Positions 11,281 through 21,238 of a DNA stretch of 64,000 bases are shown piece after piece (within the stretch, counting starts at the first letter, position 1; every line of letters starts with the position of its first letter). Made by a program: the position numbers and the translations under genes. The notes below the pieces were generated by a model. The model had not been told where the DNA came from. It saw nothing but the letters and a program-made list of their open reading frames with translations, and searched no databases. Source of the stretch: Phormidesmis sp. (GTDB taxonomy: Bacteria; Cyanobacteriota; Cyanobacteriia; Leptolyngbyales; Leptolyngbyaceae); the NCBI GenBank assembly GCA_965248535.1, contig CBDFJR010000005.1, forward strand, positions 1,024,001 to 1,088,000, read 5' to 3'.

Positions 11281-11925
11281 AAGTCTGCGAACTTTACGAT
11301 CTAACGCAGCGTAGTTAGGACTAAAAGCCTTTTCCCCATTGCTCATCACTGCAAACGTTTTAATCCCCAAGTCAATTCCGATGCTTTGGGTTTTGGCATC
11401 GATTACGACGGGTTCAACGTCTACCACAAAGCTAAGGAAATACCGATTAGCACAGTCTTTAACGACCGTGACTGAACTAGGCTCCGATGGTAATTCTCTA
11501 GACCAGATTGGATGCAAGTCCCCAATTTTAGCCAGATAGACAGCCCCGCCTTGAATGGAGAATCCGCCACGAGTGAGTCGTGCGGATTGCCTTCCTGTCT
11601 TCTTTTTGAATCTAGGGCTGCCTAACTTTTTCCCTTTTCGGTTGCCTTGAAGCGAGTCGAAAAAGTTTTTGTAGGCAACTCCTAAATCAGCAACCGACTG
11701 CTGCAATGGAATGTTTGAAACTTCAGACAGCCATTCTCGCTCAATCGTTTTCTTCGCTTGAGTAATGACCAACTTTTGCAAGTCGCCATTCTTAGGCAGC
11801 TTCTCAGCTTGTTTGCAAAGCGCTAGAGCATCGTTCCACACGACCCGAACGCAACCAAACAACTGAGCTAAACGCTGTCGCTGTGGGTCGGTCGGATAGA
11901 AACGGTACGAGTATCTTGCTTTCAT
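11281..11925 (-). pseudogene. tnpB: Truncated TnpB
   Basis: MKARYSYRFYP, FGCVRVVWN, PRFKKK and GIDLGIK are present. The sequence breaks after DRKVRRL; RuvC-II, zinc finger and RuvC-III are missing. Confidence 0.85.
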
Positions 11926-11959
11926 GCTACCATTGTATATCATAACGATAGACAATGCA

Positions 11960-12124
11960 ATGAATAAGAGTGTATTTTTTAGACTCAGCCAAGATGAGTT
12001 GGATCTGCTAGAGGTTTACTGCAAAGCTACGAAGCGAACAAAATCCGACGTACTAAGGGAACTCATTAGAAGTCTTAAAATTAAGAAAAGCCGTCCTAGA
12101 GGAGCGGGGCTTGAATCCCATTAA
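11960..12124 (+). CDS. Ribbon-helix-helix (CopG-like) protein inside the IS, divergent from tnpB
   Basis: VFFRLSQDELDLLEVYCKATKRTKSDVLRELIRSL pattern. Confidence 0.75.
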   Translation: MNKSVFFRLSQDELDLLEVYCKATKRTKSDVLRELIRSLKIKKSRPRGAGLESH

Positions 12125-12404
12125 TTTGGTCACAAAGAGTTCTCCATCAATAATTTCGTAGCGCTTCCATTCGTCGGCTGCGAGGAGTTCGAGATCGGCA
12201 GTCGTCCAGCGAACTTTTTCAGACGAGGTTTGACTCATGGCGTGTCTCCGCTACCTTCTTTGGTTCTATTCTCGCTTGTTTTACCGCAGCGATCGTTCCT
12301 TCTCTGCCAATGGTGATCGCTCCTGCAAGATTGGTGAGTGCGATCGCTCTACATCTCCCAACAAATTGCTCTCAGGTTATTTTCAGGGTTCTACGTCTCT
12401 TGAT

Positions 12405-13751
12405 TTAAACGATTTGCCGTAGCGCTTCTGCAACTTCTTGTGCTGAAGTGTAGCGATCGCCAACCTCAGGGTGCGTCAGCTTGCGAATCACCTGCACAAT
12501 TTCGGGAGTCAGCCCCGGCACATATTCAGCATAAAAGCGATAGCCCTGCTCTCGATAGCGATAAAACTCGCCCGGATCTTGACCCGACAGCAAAAATGCC
12601 AGCGTTGTCCCTAAAGAATATAAATCTGAAGCCGGACTGGTTTTGCCCTCATGCTGCTCTGGGGCGCTGTAGCCGATCGTGCTCGTCCGGTTTTTGGCTT
12701 CTAACCCTACCCCTCTGACGGCCCCAAAATCAATTAGAGAAATTTCGCGAAACGCCGTCGGAGTCGATCGTCGAATCAAATTATGGGGTCTCAGATCTTG
12801 ATGCAAAACTTGGGGCAGCGACTCATGTAAATACTCTAAGACTTCACACAGTTCCAGCATCCACCCGATCGCTTGTTTTTGGGAAATGGCTCCCCATTTA
12901 GTCACTTGCTGAAAGAGCGATCGACCAGAGATCAACTCCACCACAAGATAAGGCTGCGGCCCGATCGTAAAAAAATCTAGCACTTGAGGCAAACTCGGAT
13001 GACTCAGTTGACTGAGAGCCTTAGCCTCACGCTCAAATAGATCAACGGCTTTGGGGTGCTTGACCCACTCAGCATTTAAAGTTTTGAGCACCCGATGCTT
13101 GCCCTGTCGCCAAACCAGATAGGTGCAACCCATTTCGCCTTCACCTAAAAGCTTCACCACTTGATAATTGCCGATCGTCTGCTGCACACTCAAAGGCGCA
13201 CCGCAATCAATGCAAAACCGAAAATCGGGCGTTTTGCGAAGATGCTCACAGGTGACACCGCTCACTAAACTGAGCTTTTCGCTGGGTAACTCCATCGCCG
13301 TTGACCGCTCAGGAATCTGAATCTCAAACCCTTCTATCGCAGACAGAGGTTGTGTCGTGTCTGTGTCAGGAGTTGCCGGAGTTGCATCAGGCTGAACTCG
13401 CTGCGACAGCGTGCGCTCACCCGCTAACTTGTCGGCCTCATGGCTAGCCGAATCTCCAATGTGAATTTGAATATTAGGGCCCGATCGGGCTAATCGAATG
13501 ATCATGCCATTTCTAACGGGCACCTGCGTCATGCGCTTGCCGTCTAGATAGGTGCCATTCGCGCCCAAGCTTTCGACCTCCCAGACAGAATTGATCCGCC
13601 GCAGTTCGACGTGATATCGCGAGACGACAGCACTATAGAGAACGACCTGATTATCGGTCGATCGCCCAATGCGAATCACCGATTCATCATCAAACGTCCA
13701 ACATTGAACGGGCTTTAACTGGACAGGGTGCAAAAGGGTCAGAGTAATCAC
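12405..13751 (-). CDS. FHA-domain Ser/Thr protein kinase
   Basis: IGRS/VSRYH/NGT FHA motifs, a Cys/His knuckle, and kinase motifs LGEGEMG, VLK, HQDLRPHN, DFG and YSAPE. Confidence 0.9.
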   Translation of the reverse strand: MITLTLLHPVQLKPVQCWTFDDESVIRIGRSTDNQVVLYSAVVSRYHVELRRINSVWEVESLGANGTYLDGKRMTQVPVRNGMIIRLARSGPNIQIHIGDSASHEADKLAGERTLSQRVQPDATPATPDTDTTQPLSAIEGFEIQIPERSTAMELPSEKLSLVSGVTCEHLRKTPDFRFCIDCGAPLSVQQTIGNYQVVKLLGEGEMGCTYLVWRQGKHRVLKTLNAEWVKHPKAVDLFEREAKALSQLSHPSLPQVLDFFTIGPQPYLVVELISGRSLFQQVTKWGAISQKQAIGWMLELCEVLEYLHESLPQVLHQDLRPHNLIRRSTPTAFREISLIDFGAVRGVGLEAKNRTSTIGYSAPEQHEGKTSPASDLYSLGTTLAFLLSGQDPGEFYRYREQGYRFYAEYVPGLTPEIVQVIRKLTHPEVGDRYTSAQEVAEALRQIV

Positions 13752-13926
13752 ATTAGCGCCGCAGAGTCTGGATACGCAGACAGAATGACAAGACTGCTCA
13801 TGTCTAGATGGGTTGAAGTCTAAATTCTGCTTTAAGAAAAGCGGTCAAAATGCGGAATGTCACCACTTTAACTCAGACTAGATTCTTCTGAACAGCTTTT
13901 TTAAAGTCAAAAAAGATACTCGTTAC

Positions 13927-15439
13927 CTAATTTGCCGGGAATGCGCCCGCCATAGCTGTACTCAGCTTGGCAGTGGGATGAAAGGCAAGGCAGTGACGAA
14001 TTGCTGCCTTGAACCAGTTGAAGCGTAGCTGAAACGCGAGGAACGCCTTCGGCTAGAGCTACGCAATGGCAGCGATGAGAAACTGCCCATCTCTTAGATA
14101 TCATGACGCAGAATTGCGATACACTTGCATTGGTTACGCTAGGAAGTAGAGCGTAAATATGTTGGTACTGGAGGCAAAACTTAAGGGCGAAAAACAGCAG
14201 TTCGAGTTGCTTAATGAAGCAATCCGCACCGCTCGATTTGTCCAGAATTCCTGCCTCCGATACTGGATGGACAACCGGGGAGTCAACAAATACGATTTGT
14301 ACAAACTCTGCAAAGAGCTTGCTGCAAACATTGAGTTTCCCTGGTGCAAGCAGCTCAACTCGCAAGCCCGTCAAGCCCATGCCGAACGAGCCTGGTCTGC
14401 CATTTCTCGGTTCTTCGAGAACTGCAAAAAGCAGATTCCTGGCAAGAAAGGCTATCCCCAATTCAAACGCCACCAAACCCGCGCTTCTGTGGAGTACAAG
14501 ACCACGGGCTGGAAGTTGTCTCCGTGCCGACAATTCATCACCTTCACCGATGGATTTAAGGCGGGGCAGTTCAAGATGTGGGGCACTCGCGATTTGCACT
14601 TCTACCAGGTTGAGCAAATCAATCGAGTTAGAGTGGTGCGGCGCAGTGACGGCTACTATGTCCAGTTCTGCATGGATGTCGAGCGCAGTGAGGAACGAGA
14701 GCCAACCCGTCACACGGTCGGGCTGGATGTGGGATTGGCTCACTTCTTGACCGACAGCGATGGCGTTCAGGTTGAGAATCCGCGTCATCTTCGCAAGGCG
14801 GAACGTCGATTGAAGAAAGTTCAGCGTCGTGTCAGTCGCAAGCAGAAAGGGTCTGTCAATCGGAGAAAAGCGGTCAATCGTTTGGGTAGGGCGCATCTGA
14901 AAGTTCAACGTCAACGTAAAGACTTTGCCTGTAAGTTGGCAAGGTGCGTAGTGAAGTCTAACGACCTCGTGGCGTATGAAGACTTGAAGATCCGCAATTT
15001 GGTCAAAAACCACCATTTGGCGAAGTCGATTAGTGATGCGGCTTGGGGCGAGTTTCGCCGTTGGATTGAGTATTTTGGCAAAGTGTTTGGAGTTGTCACC
15101 ATTGCGGTTGCGCCCCAATACACGAGCCAAGATTGCTCGAACTGCGGTCAGCGAGTCAAAAAGGCGTTGAGTCAACGAACCCACGTTTGTCCGCATTGCG
15201 GATACGTGGCAGACCGCGACCACAACGCCGCGATTAACATCTTGAATAAGGCAATCAGTACGGTGGGGCACATCGTAACTGCTGCACCCGATGCAGAAAA
15301 CGCCTGTGGAGAGTCCGACCTCTGTGCTCTGCGGGAAACCGTTGAACATAAGTTGTCTCGTTGAAGCAGGAATTTCAGAGAGCGATCTTTGGAATCCCCC
15401 ACTATATCGGTACTCCGATTAGCGGCGGGAGGATGTCAA
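13927..15439 (+). mobile_element. tnpB-only IS200/IS605-family element
   Basis: Preceded by TTAC (13923-13926) and ends GGGAGGATGTCAA. No tnpA and no target duplication. The empty site reconstructs the host gene end. Confidence 0.85.
14159..15364 (+). CDS. tnpB: RNA-guided endonuclease TnpB, apparently intact
   Basis: RuvC D-E-D triad (GLDVG, AYEDL, DRDHNAA) and zinc finger CSNC...CPHC. Confidence 0.95.
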   Translation: MLVLEAKLKGEKQQFELLNEAIRTARFVQNSCLRYWMDNRGVNKYDLYKLCKELAANIEFPWCKQLNSQARQAHAERAWSAISRFFENCKKQIPGKKGYPQFKRHQTRASVEYKTTGWKLSPCRQFITFTDGFKAGQFKMWGTRDLHFYQVEQINRVRVVRRSDGYYVQFCMDVERSEEREPTRHTVGLDVGLAHFLTDSDGVQVENPRHLRKAERRLKKVQRRVSRKQKGSVNRRKAVNRLGRAHLKVQRQRKDFACKLARCVVKSNDLVAYEDLKIRNLVKNHHLAKSISDAAWGEFRRWIEYFGKVFGVVTIAVAPQYTSQDCSNCGQRVKKALSQRTHVCPHCGYVADRDHNAAINILNKAISTVGHIVTAAPDAENACGESDLCALRETVEHKLSR

Positions 15440-16149
15440 GACATTTGAAATAGGAACGAAACTTTGTCACCTTTGCCTAGGGCAATGCGATCGCCCGGAC
15501 GCAGCCGATGACGATTGCCCAACAGCAGCGGCACGTTATTAATGTAAGTGCCATTTGAGCTTCCGACATCTTCGATATAGTAGGCATCGCTCTCAGCCCG
15601 AATATCGGCATGAATGCGAGAGACGATTTCTGAGTTAGGGAAGCCAGACACATCTACATCAGGCGGGATGCGATCGTTGGGTTTGCCGATGTGCACCACA
15701 GGCAGCCCCTGCGGTAGCTCGATCACCACATTGGTTTGCAAATGCAGCAGTCTGCCCGACTGATGCTGCAACTGGGTTGTTGAGACGATCGGTGCAGACT
15801 CAGCGATCGGCACGGGCACGGGCGACCCAGGTTCAGGGATCGGGTCGTCGGGCGAGATGGGTGCTGGCGAGACCACTAGGGGATCGGGCGACACGAGCGG
15901 GTCGATCGCTAGCAGATCTGGAAAGCCCGCGCCAGACTCAACCACGGGCGATGAAACCGCCGTTGCGATCTGGCTTTCAGCCTCTGAGGTCTTGAGGTTA
16001 AAGCCACACTGACCGCAAAAACTGGCATCTGCTTGCACGGTCGTCCCACAAGTGGGGCATTGAGTCGTCGCTGGAAGAGGCGTATAGCAAGCCTCACACT
16101 GCACCGCGCCATCAGGGTTTTGATGGTTGCAATTGGGACAGACAATCAT
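15436..16149 (-). CDS. Double zinc-ribbon plus FHA domain protein
   Basis: Four CxxC pairs, a Pro-rich linker, and FHA motifs IGK, VSRIHA and SSNGT. Confidence 0.9.
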   Translation of the reverse strand: MIVCPNCNHQNPDGAVQCEACYTPLPATTQCPTCGTTVQADASFCGQCGFNLKTSEAESQIATAVSSPVVESGAGFPDLLAIDPLVSPDPLVVSPAPISPDDPIPEPGSPVPVPIAESAPIVSTTQLQHQSGRLLHLQTNVVIELPQGLPVVHIGKPNDRIPPDVDVSGFPNSEIVSRIHADIRAESDAYYIEDVGSSNGTYINNVPLLLGNRHRLRPGDRIALGKGDKVSFLFQMS

Positions 16150-16227
16150 GAAAATTTCCCCATTCACCAAACCTATGATAAGGGAAGAGTTTTAAGTTTG
16201 AGGGTTAAGTTCTGGCTGACCCCGAAC

Positions 16228-16956
16228 TTAGGCTTTGTTTTGAAGATTTTGCCCAGCGGGTTGATCGAGCAACCACCACAAATCACCCTGGGGGGCAATC
16301 AGCCGAGAGGGATAGGTCAGATCATCGGCGATCGGGGCAAAGATTTGGGCCAGCGCACTTTGTTTATTAGCACCTGCCACCATAAAGATCACCGTCTGAG
16401 CGTGGTTGATCAGAGGCACGGTGAAGGTGAGCCGGGGCTGCCCGTCTTTGCTGCCAACAGTGACTAGCCGATCGTGCACCTGCAATGCGGCAGTGTGGGG
16501 AAATAGTGAAGCTGTGTGAGCATCATCCCCAATGCCCAACAAAATCACGTCAAAGGCAGGAAACTCACCGGGCTGGGTCTGAAAGAAGGCTTGCAGGTCG
16601 GCTTGGTGGGCTTGAGCAGCGATCGCGGGATCAGCATCCTTTGTGACCATCGGGTGAATATTGCTCGCAGGCATAGCCACGCGATCGAGCCAGGCAAGCC
16701 GTGCCATTCGCTGGTTGCTGTCAGGGTGATCAGATGGAACATAGCGCTCATCGCCCCAAAAAACATGAATTTTGTCCCACGGTAAGGATTGGGCCGCAAG
16801 TTTTTCATAAAGTGGCTTGGGCGTACTGCCTCCGGCTAGAGCGATCGTGGCGATGCCGCGCTGGGTGATGGCGGCGTTGAGGGTGTCTAGCACGATCGCA
16901 AGGGCGCGATCAATCAGCGCCTCTAAGTCTGGCAAAACTTCTACAATCCTGATCAT
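16228..16956 (-). CDS. pgl: 6-phosphogluconolactonase
   Basis: LAGGSTP, WGDERYV, HTASLFP and RLTFT motifs. Confidence 0.95.
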   Translation of the reverse strand: MIRIVEVLPDLEALIDRALAIVLDTLNAAITQRGIATIALAGGSTPKPLYEKLAAQSLPWDKIHVFWGDERYVPSDHPDSNQRMARLAWLDRVAMPASNIHPMVTKDADPAIAAQAHQADLQAFFQTQPGEFPAFDVILLGIGDDAHTASLFPHTAALQVHDRLVTVGSKDGQPRLTFTVPLINHAQTVIFMVAGANKQSALAQIFAPIADDLTYPSRLIAPQGDLWWLLDQPAGQNLQNKA

Positions 16957-17337
16957 AGGTTCCTGGTTAACACTGCCACTTGACAGAGTAAAGGGATTTT
17001 AAAAATCTTGCCAGGCTCTACGGAATAGCTTCAGATCGCGGGGACGACTGGTTTTTGATCAAAACGCCACGAACCTAGTCGCACTCAGCCTTATCAGTCC
17101 ATCATCGCAGGATTGGAGGACGCACTGCTGCTGCAAAATCAGTCTCAAACAGCCCGACTCTCTTCGTCAAAGAATGGCTGACCGTCTAAGATTTGGACTC
17201 CAAAGAGTTCCTTGTCTCAAATTTGAGAAAGTGCGGTAACATAAGAAGCTAGAAACGGCGCTTCTTGACAAAGCAGTTATCCACGTCTTGCTGAGTCCTT
17301 GCCTGAAGCCAAAAAAAGAAATTAACGCAATTTAATC

Positions 17338-17580
17338 ATGATCAAGGAAGGTATGACTCCACAAGTTGCTCACCCGATGGTGAAGCTACAGCGCCAGGTG
17401 CGATCGCTGATCGACTCAAAGCTGCTCAAACCCAGCGACAGTCTTTGGAAGATTGCCCTGCTCTATGGAGACGACTGGGCTTATTGGAAACAAGAGCTTT
17501 TGTCGTTTGAATTCACCATGCAAGACCCCGTTAGTGAACTGCTGTCAGTAGACGCATGGGACGAAGAAATCGCTGAATAA
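17338..17580 (+). CDS. DUF4327-family protein
   Basis: HPMVKLQRQVRSL...W..WKQEL..FEF...DP..EL....WDE. Confidence 0.8.
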   Translation: MIKEGMTPQVAHPMVKLQRQVRSLIDSKLLKPSDSLWKIALLYGDDWAYWKQELLSFEFTMQDPVSELLSVDAWDEEIAE

Positions 17581-17624
17581 CGACCCAAACGAGAGGGTTT
17601 TACCCCTCACCCGTCCATCTTTTT

Positions 17625-19232
17625 TTACCAAAGCTGCTCTAAGTTAGGTCTGACCTTGGCACGAATCGCGATCGCCGTAATGTTATCGTGACCGTTGTAT
17701 TGATTAGCCAACTCAATCAGTTGATTCACGCCTTGCTCAAGGTTAGTCAATGAGCTAACTAGCGGGTCGATGTGGGTGGTGCAATGGGTTTCTAACAAAT
17801 CGTTGTCAGTTAAGCCATCAGACGCAAGAATTAGCACCATGTCTTCATTGAGTTCAAAAAACTGAATATCGGGGCTGATAAAGTTCTCATCGCGAGGCCC
17901 TAGCGCCTGCGTCAACTGATAGGCATCAGGGCGACTGTAGGCGATCGGGGCCTCAATGCCACGCTGAATTTCTCGTTGACCGACTTCGTGATCGATCGTC
18001 ACCTGCTTTAAGCCTCCTTTGCGGCTATAGCGATAGAGGCGGCTGTCTCCAACATGAGCAACGGCGGCTTCAGTGTCTTGAATCAGCAGCAGCACCATGG
18101 TGGTGCCCATGCGGCCGCTGCCCGATCGAGAATTTTGCTGATTGACATCATAAATGGCCTGATTGGCTAACTGCACCGCTTCGCGAATCACCGTCAAAGG
18201 CGGCAGCCCAGACGAGTTAGATCCATCGGCAGTTTGCCAATAGTCTCGAAAATAGCGTCGCAGGGTGTCTACGGCCAACTGACTGGCTACTTCCCCACTG
18301 GCGTGACCGCCCATGCCATCGCAGAGAATATATAAGCCCCGTGCTCGAACCGTTCTGCCGGACGGGATCTGAATTTTGGTGATCTGAGTGTCAACGCCAA
18401 AACAGTCTTCGTTGTGGTCGCGAGTCCGTCCAATATCAGTCCTACCAGCGTCTTCGATGCTAAACAACTGCATCGGGAGGACAATGGTTGGCATGTCGTC
18501 TCCCTCGTCTTCGGGTTGCAGGGTGATGGATTCTGATGTTTCCTCCTCAAGGGTCTCTGGGGAGACGCTCGTTGGGTCGGGGGCGGGGAGATCTTGAGGG
18601 TTGGGCATCATATCAGTTTCAGTTAAACTTGCTTGGATCTCGTGAGCGATCGCTTCAAGGCGCGATCGTAGCTCATCGGCTGCTATCAGTTTACCCATTT
18701 GCAGATCAGCAATCAGCAAATGCAGCGTTGCGATCTGGGTCTGGGAGAGTTGATCGAGCAAAAATTTCCAGGTGTCGCCGAGGTGTTGCAGCGATGGCGC
18801 AGGGGAAGGGTCTGGCATCAATGCCTGAAGGCACAGCACTTGATCTTCGTCAATTCGCAGGTTTTGAGGGTCTAACAAGCTTTGGCAACACTGCCACGGA
18901 CTCAGCGCTTCCCAAATTGAAACCATTTCATGAAACCAGTGCAAAATTTGCAGCATCGACAGGGCGCGATCGTGCCGCAAGCAATCTACCAGCAAAGGAA
19001 GCTGCGATCGGTCTTCTAACAAAAGCGTCTCTTGATCGCCCGATCTCCAGGCATCGCAAACTTGAGGAATCACTTGGTGAAGCTGCGATCGCAGGGTGAT
19101 ATAAATTCGCACGTCGATCTGGCCCAGGCGATCGCAGGGAGGAGAGGCTGGTTGGGTCAACGAGGTGCCACACTCCTGACAAAATTTGTTTGCATTGGGG
19201 TTCTCGAACTGACACTGAGGACAGACAAGCAT
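17625..19232 (-). CDS. Zinc-ribbon plus PP2C Ser/Thr phosphatase
   Basis: CPQC...CQEC at the N-terminus; RDHNED, CDGMGGH, HVGDSR, SDGLTD and GHDNIT motifs. Confidence 0.9.
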   Translation of the reverse strand: MLVCPQCQFENPNANKFCQECGTSLTQPASPPCDRLGQIDVRIYITLRSQLHQVIPQVCDAWRSGDQETLLLEDRSQLPLLVDCLRHDRALSMLQILHWFHEMVSIWEALSPWQCCQSLLDPQNLRIDEDQVLCLQALMPDPSPAPSLQHLGDTWKFLLDQLSQTQIATLHLLIADLQMGKLIAADELRSRLEAIAHEIQASLTETDMMPNPQDLPAPDPTSVSPETLEEETSESITLQPEDEGDDMPTIVLPMQLFSIEDAGRTDIGRTRDHNEDCFGVDTQITKIQIPSGRTVRARGLYILCDGMGGHASGEVASQLAVDTLRRYFRDYWQTADGSNSSGLPPLTVIREAVQLANQAIYDVNQQNSRSGSGRMGTTMVLLLIQDTEAAVAHVGDSRLYRYSRKGGLKQVTIDHEVGQREIQRGIEAPIAYSRPDAYQLTQALGPRDENFISPDIQFFELNEDMVLILASDGLTDNDLLETHCTTHIDPLVSSLTNLEQGVNQLIELANQYNGHDNITAIAIRAKVRPNLEQLW

Positions 19233-19438
19233 TCGGGTCTTCCTATTTCCGCTTGGGAAGTCTTATCGATGAAGTCTTATCAATCTTACGCAGAATTTCT
19301 GAGAGTCATAGCGTCTGTAAAGATTCACTGAAGGTTTGAGTTAGGAGGCAGGAATTAGAAGCACAGGATTTTGCGAGAGGGAGCTTGCGGTTGCCGTTAA
19401 AATAGAGTGGTTACCTAGATACATTATTTTGAGACTTT

Positions 19439-20923
19439 ATGACGACTGCTGCACCAGCAAAAACTCAGTATGAAGCGATTATCGGGCTAGAAACTCACTG
19501 TCAGTTAAGCACCGAAACTAAAATCTTTTCTGACAGTTCTGCCAAGTTTACGATCGAGCCAAACACTCACATCGACCCGATCTGTATGGGAATGCCGGGA
19601 GTGTTGCCTGTGCTCAACCAAAAAGTTTTGGAGTATGCGGTCAAAGCAGGACTGGCGCTCAACTGTCAGATTGCGCCCTACAGCAAGTTCGATCGCAAGC
19701 AATATTTCTATCCCGATCTGCCTAAAAACTATCAGATTTCGCAATTTGATTTGCCGATCGCTGAACATGGCTGGGTCGAAATCGAGTTTCTCGATCCAGA
19801 CGGCAACCCGGTGCACAAACGCATCGGCGTGACTCGCCTGCACATGGAAGAAGATGCTGGAAAGCTCGTGCATGGGGGCAGTGAGCGCCTTTCAGGTTCG
19901 ACTTATTCCCTCGTGGACTATAACCGGGCAGGCGTGCCGCTGGTTGAGATCGTCTCAGAGCCAGACCTACGATCGGGGCAAGAGGCCGCCGAATATGCTC
20001 AAGAAGTGCGGCGTATAATGCGCTATCTGGGGGTCAGTGATGGCAACATGCAAGAGGGTTCGCTGCGCTGTGATGTGAATATTTCGGTGCGTCCGATCGG
20101 GCAAAAAGAGTTCGGCACCAAAGTCGAAATCAAGAATATGAACTCCTTCAACGCCATTCAACGGGCGATCGAGCACGAGATCGAGCGACAAATCGCCGCG
20201 ATCGAGTCCGGGGAGCGCATTCTGCAAGAGACGCGCCTATGGGAAGAAGGATCACAACGCACGATTAGTATGCGAATTAAAGAAGGCTCTAGCGATTATC
20301 GCTATTTTCCTGAGCCAGATTTGGGCCCGATCGAGGTGCCCTCTGAGCAGCTAGACCACTGGCGCAGCGAGTTGCCCGAACTGCCCTATCAAAAGCGTCC
20401 TCGCTACGAAGCCAATTTTGGACTGTCGCCCTATGATGCGCGGGTGTTGACCGACGATCGTGATATGGCCGAATATTTTGAGGCTGCCGTGGCTGCCAAA
20501 GCCAACCCCAAACAAGCCGCGAATTGGATTATGGGCGACATCAGCGCCTATCTCAACAACGAGCGCAAGACGATAAAAGAGATTCCATTCACCCCGATCG
20601 CCCTAGCTGAATTGACAGCATTGATCGATGCCAACACAATTAGCAATAAAATTGGCAAAGATATCTTGCCCGAATTGTTGACCCAAGGGGGATCACCAAA
20701 CACGATCGTCGAGCGTGAAGGCTTGGTTCAAATTTCCGACAGTGGCGCGATCGAGGCGGCGATCGACTCTGTGATTGCAGCCAACCCCAAAGAGCTTGAG
20801 CAATATCGCGGCGGCAAAACGAAACTTTTGGGCTTCTTTGTCGGTCAAGTCATGAAGCAAACAGGCGGACGGGCTGATCCCAAGCTGACGAACCAGTTGT
20901 TAGCCAAGAAGCTAAATGCCTAG
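19439..20923 (+). CDS. gatB: Asp/Glu-tRNA amidotransferase subunit B
   Basis: [24 protein letters not shown] and [10 protein letters not shown] motifs. Confidence 0.98.
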   Translation: MTTAAPAKTQYEAIIGLETHCQLSTETKIFSDSSAKFTIEPNTHIDPICMGMPGVLPVLNQKVLEYAVKAGLALNCQIAPYSKFDRKQYFYPDLPKNYQISQFDLPIAEHGWVEIEFLDPDGNPVHKRIGVTRLHMEEDAGKLVHGGSERLSGSTYSLVDYNRAGVPLVEIVSEPDLRSGQEAAEYAQEVRRIMRYLGVSDGNMQEGSLRCDVNISVRPIGQKEFGTKVEIKNMNSFNAIQRAIEHEIERQIAAIESGERILQETRLWEEGSQRTISMRIKEGSSDYRYFPEPDLGPIEVPSEQLDHWRSELPELPYQKRPRYEANFGLSPYDARVLTDDRDMAEYFEAAVAAKANPKQAANWIMGDISAYLNNERKTIKEIPFTPIALAELTALIDANTISNKIGKDILPELLTQGGSPNTIVEREGLVQISDSGAIEAAIDSVIAANPKELEQYRGGKTKLLGFFVGQVMKQTGGRADPKLTNQLLAKKLNA

Positions 20924-21096
20924 AACTCAGGAGAAAGCCGCGCTTAAAATCTGCCAACTCCACCGCAGAACGACTGAACCGCAGAACTACTGGATTTTTT
21001 GCTGCTTTTGTAAACTCCCGATAAACCTTTATGTGTTTTCAGCAAAAAGCTTTTTAGGGGCTTCACCCCTCACCCCAAAAGTGGCATACTGTGCTT

Positions 21097-21150
21097 AGTA
21101 GATGCACCCTGATGACAGGGGGAGTCGCAGCGCGGCCCTCCCTTTTTTCT
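21097..21150 (+). ncRNA. Candidate sRNA of about 55 nt (NsiR1-like 5' end)
   Basis: -10-like CATACT at 21085-21090, then AGTAGATGCACCCTGAT, a GC-rich hairpin and a T-run. The family resemblance is from memory only. Confidence 0.45.
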
Positions 21151-21238
21151 TGTCTTTAATGCCTTAGGCGACAATGTGATCCGTTGAGCTTGATATAATC
21201 GCCTCTCAGAGATCGATAACAGCAAGCGAGGCAAAATC

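Larger units (their letters stand above)
11029..12128 (-). mobile_element. Non-autonomous IS200/IS605-family element (RHH gene plus internally deleted tnpB)
   Basis: Left end follows TGAC (CAAATTAATGGGATTCAAGCCCCGCTCCTCTAGGACGGC). Right end is GAATCACCCCTCCTAAAGAGCGGTGAGTATATCAA. Removing it restores Uma2 codons TTT GTG ACT AGG GCA (FVTRA) with no duplication. Confidence 0.85.
10719..12238 (-). pseudogene. Uma2-family gene disrupted by an IS200/IS605 element and internally scrambled
   Basis: N-terminus (12129-12238) ends at FVT. RAPH... resumes at 11028. The GAPELIVEVLSPG...KLY segment is misplaced inside the element at about 11130-11234. The C-terminus EYWIV... is at 10719-10898. Confidence 0.85.

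Noticed and set aside
10719..11282. 187-aa ORF as an intact Uma2 gene
   Set aside because: Chimera of out-of-order Uma2 pieces and the IS right end
13907..15349. 480-aa minus-strand ORF
   Set aside because: Antisense shadow of tnpB with no recognisable motifs
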